The notes below the pieces were generated by a model. It made no database searches. It saw nothing but the letters and a program-made list of their open reading frames with translations, and was not told the DNA's origin. From Patescibacteria group bacterium (GTDB taxonomy: Bacteria; Patescibacteriota; WWE3; JAUXAW01; JAYEID01), in NCBI GenBank assembly GCA_034659915.1, contig JAYEID010000013.1:74917-138916 (forward strand): a stretch of DNA of 64,000 nt. Direction: 5' to 3'. The position numbers and the translations under genes are program-made. Of the stretch, positions 63,100 through 64,000 are shown piece by piece. Numbering within the stretch: position 1 is the first letter of the stretch; each line of letters begins with the position of its first letter.

Positions 63100-64000
63100 A
63101 TGAAAGTACTTTATTGCTCTTCAGAATGTGACCCATTTGTCAAGATTGGTGGATTGGGTGATGTTTCTGCTGCACTTCCCAAAGCTCTTTCCAGGTTAGG
63201 TGTGGAAGTTCGTGTGGCAATTCCCTTTTATGATGTGATAGAAAGGGAAAAGTTTTCCTTTGAAAAAATGGGTGAGATTGAGGTGCCTTTTGCAGATGAA
63301 ACACACAAAACTGCAGTATGGCAAACACTGCTTCCGGGAACAGATGTTATGGTACTTCTTTTTGAAAATGATAAGTATTTGTTTAGCGGAGGTACAGAAG
63401 CTTTTACTGGTTTGGATGGGGAGATCCGAAGATTTGCTTTTTTTGACCGTGCTGTAGTTTCTTGGTTAGAGCAAGAACAATATTGGAAGCCGGATGTGTT
63501 GCACTTGAATGATTGGCATACAGGGCTTATTCCTAAGTATGTAGAAGAATTAGAGCCCTCTCCTGCTATCCTTCTTACTGTTCACAATCTTTCTTATCAA
63601 GGTATTTCTAGCTTAGACCTTTTTTCGGAAACAGGTCTTTCTATTGAAAACTCACGCCTCCTTTCTTGGGATGCTCAAGATGATAACATTGATTTTCTAT
63701 TAGTGGGCATTGCTAAGGCGCATGTGATAAATACTGTCTCTCCTACTTACGCTAAGGAGATTTTAACTTCCGAATTTGGCGAGGGTTTGGATGAGGTTTT
63801 ACGTTCCCGCAAAGCAAGAATTTTTGGTGTTTTAAATGGGATTGATACAGAATCTTTTGACCCGGAGAAAGATGGAAAAATATTTGCAAATTATACTATT
63901 GCTAACTGGAGGGATGGCAAAGCTAAAAATAAAGAAGGTTTGCAGCAGGCTGTGGGTTTAGAAGAGAATCCGGACAAGTTACTGGTTGGGTTTGTTGGGC
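63100..64000 (+). CDS. glgA: glycogen/starch synthase (partial, runs off window)
   Basis: MKVLYCSSECDPFVKIGGLGDVSAALPKALSRLGVEVRVAIPFYD is a canonical GlgA N-terminus (KxGGL motif); no stop before the window end. Confidence 0.8.
   Translation, partial: MKVLYCSSECDPFVKIGGLGDVSAALPKALSRLGVEVRVAIPFYDVIEREKFSFEKMGEIEVPFADETHKTAVWQTLLPGTDVMVLLFENDKYLFSGGTEAFTGLDGEIRRFAFFDRAVVSWLEQEQYWKPDVLHLNDWHTGLIPKYVEELEPSPAILLTVHNLSYQGISSLDLFSETGLSIENSRLLSWDAQDDNIDFLLVGIAKAHVINTVSPTYAKEILTSEFGEGLDEVLRSRKARIFGVLNGIDTESFDPEKDGKIFANYTIANWRDGKAKNKEGLQQAVGLEENPDKLLVGFVG

Overview
This 64-kb window looks like chromosomal DNA from a small-genome bacterium of roughly 40-43% GC, with gene content reminiscent of Patescibacteria/CPR (that placement is inference). 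Translation appears to use genetic code 11, with TTG, GTG and ATG starts and TAA, TAG and TGA stops.

The backbone is housekeeping: rpoA-rplQ, rplM-rpsI, six aminoacyl-tRNA synthetases (aspS, gltX, tyrS, trpS, lysS, serS), secA, dinB, two tandem greA paralogues and three tRNAs (Pro-GGG, Gln-TTG, Glu-CTC). Lipid-carrier and cell-wall genes are also present: an extended uppS, adjacent PAP2 and uppP, a PBP5-type carboxypeptidase, VanW, a lytic transglycosylase and a partial glgA at the 3' edge.

Four things stand out:
- Two short GC-rich islets (about 3.1-5.7 kb and 54.8-56.9 kb) look foreign. The first carries a lytic transglycosylase; the second carries a stand-alone Cas4-like nuclease with no CRISPR array.
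- An IS200/IS605-family HUH transposase (13.4-14.3 kb) is flanked by 25-bp hairpin-containing direct repeats.
- Immediately downstream of that element (14.3-26.7 kb) is a roughly 12-kb cell-surface locus. It holds a 1875-aa giant protein, two paralogous membrane-anchored proteins flanking a secreted protein that shares the giant protein's C-terminal domain, a secreted protein ending in EF-hand/dockerin-type calcium loops, a polytopic membrane protein carrying a cohesin-like domain, and a tandem PPC-domain protein. I consider this locus the most interesting candidate 'system' in the window.
- Other notable points: uppS has no canonical start codon and a duplicated C-terminal extension; two short Rel/SpoT paralogues flank vanW; three related perfect palindromes surround a YerC/TrpR-like regulator and an EamA transporter; a promoter- and terminator-bounded candidate small RNA lies between dinB and trpS; and a second surface-protein pair sits next to secA.

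No CRISPR array or rRNA was seen.
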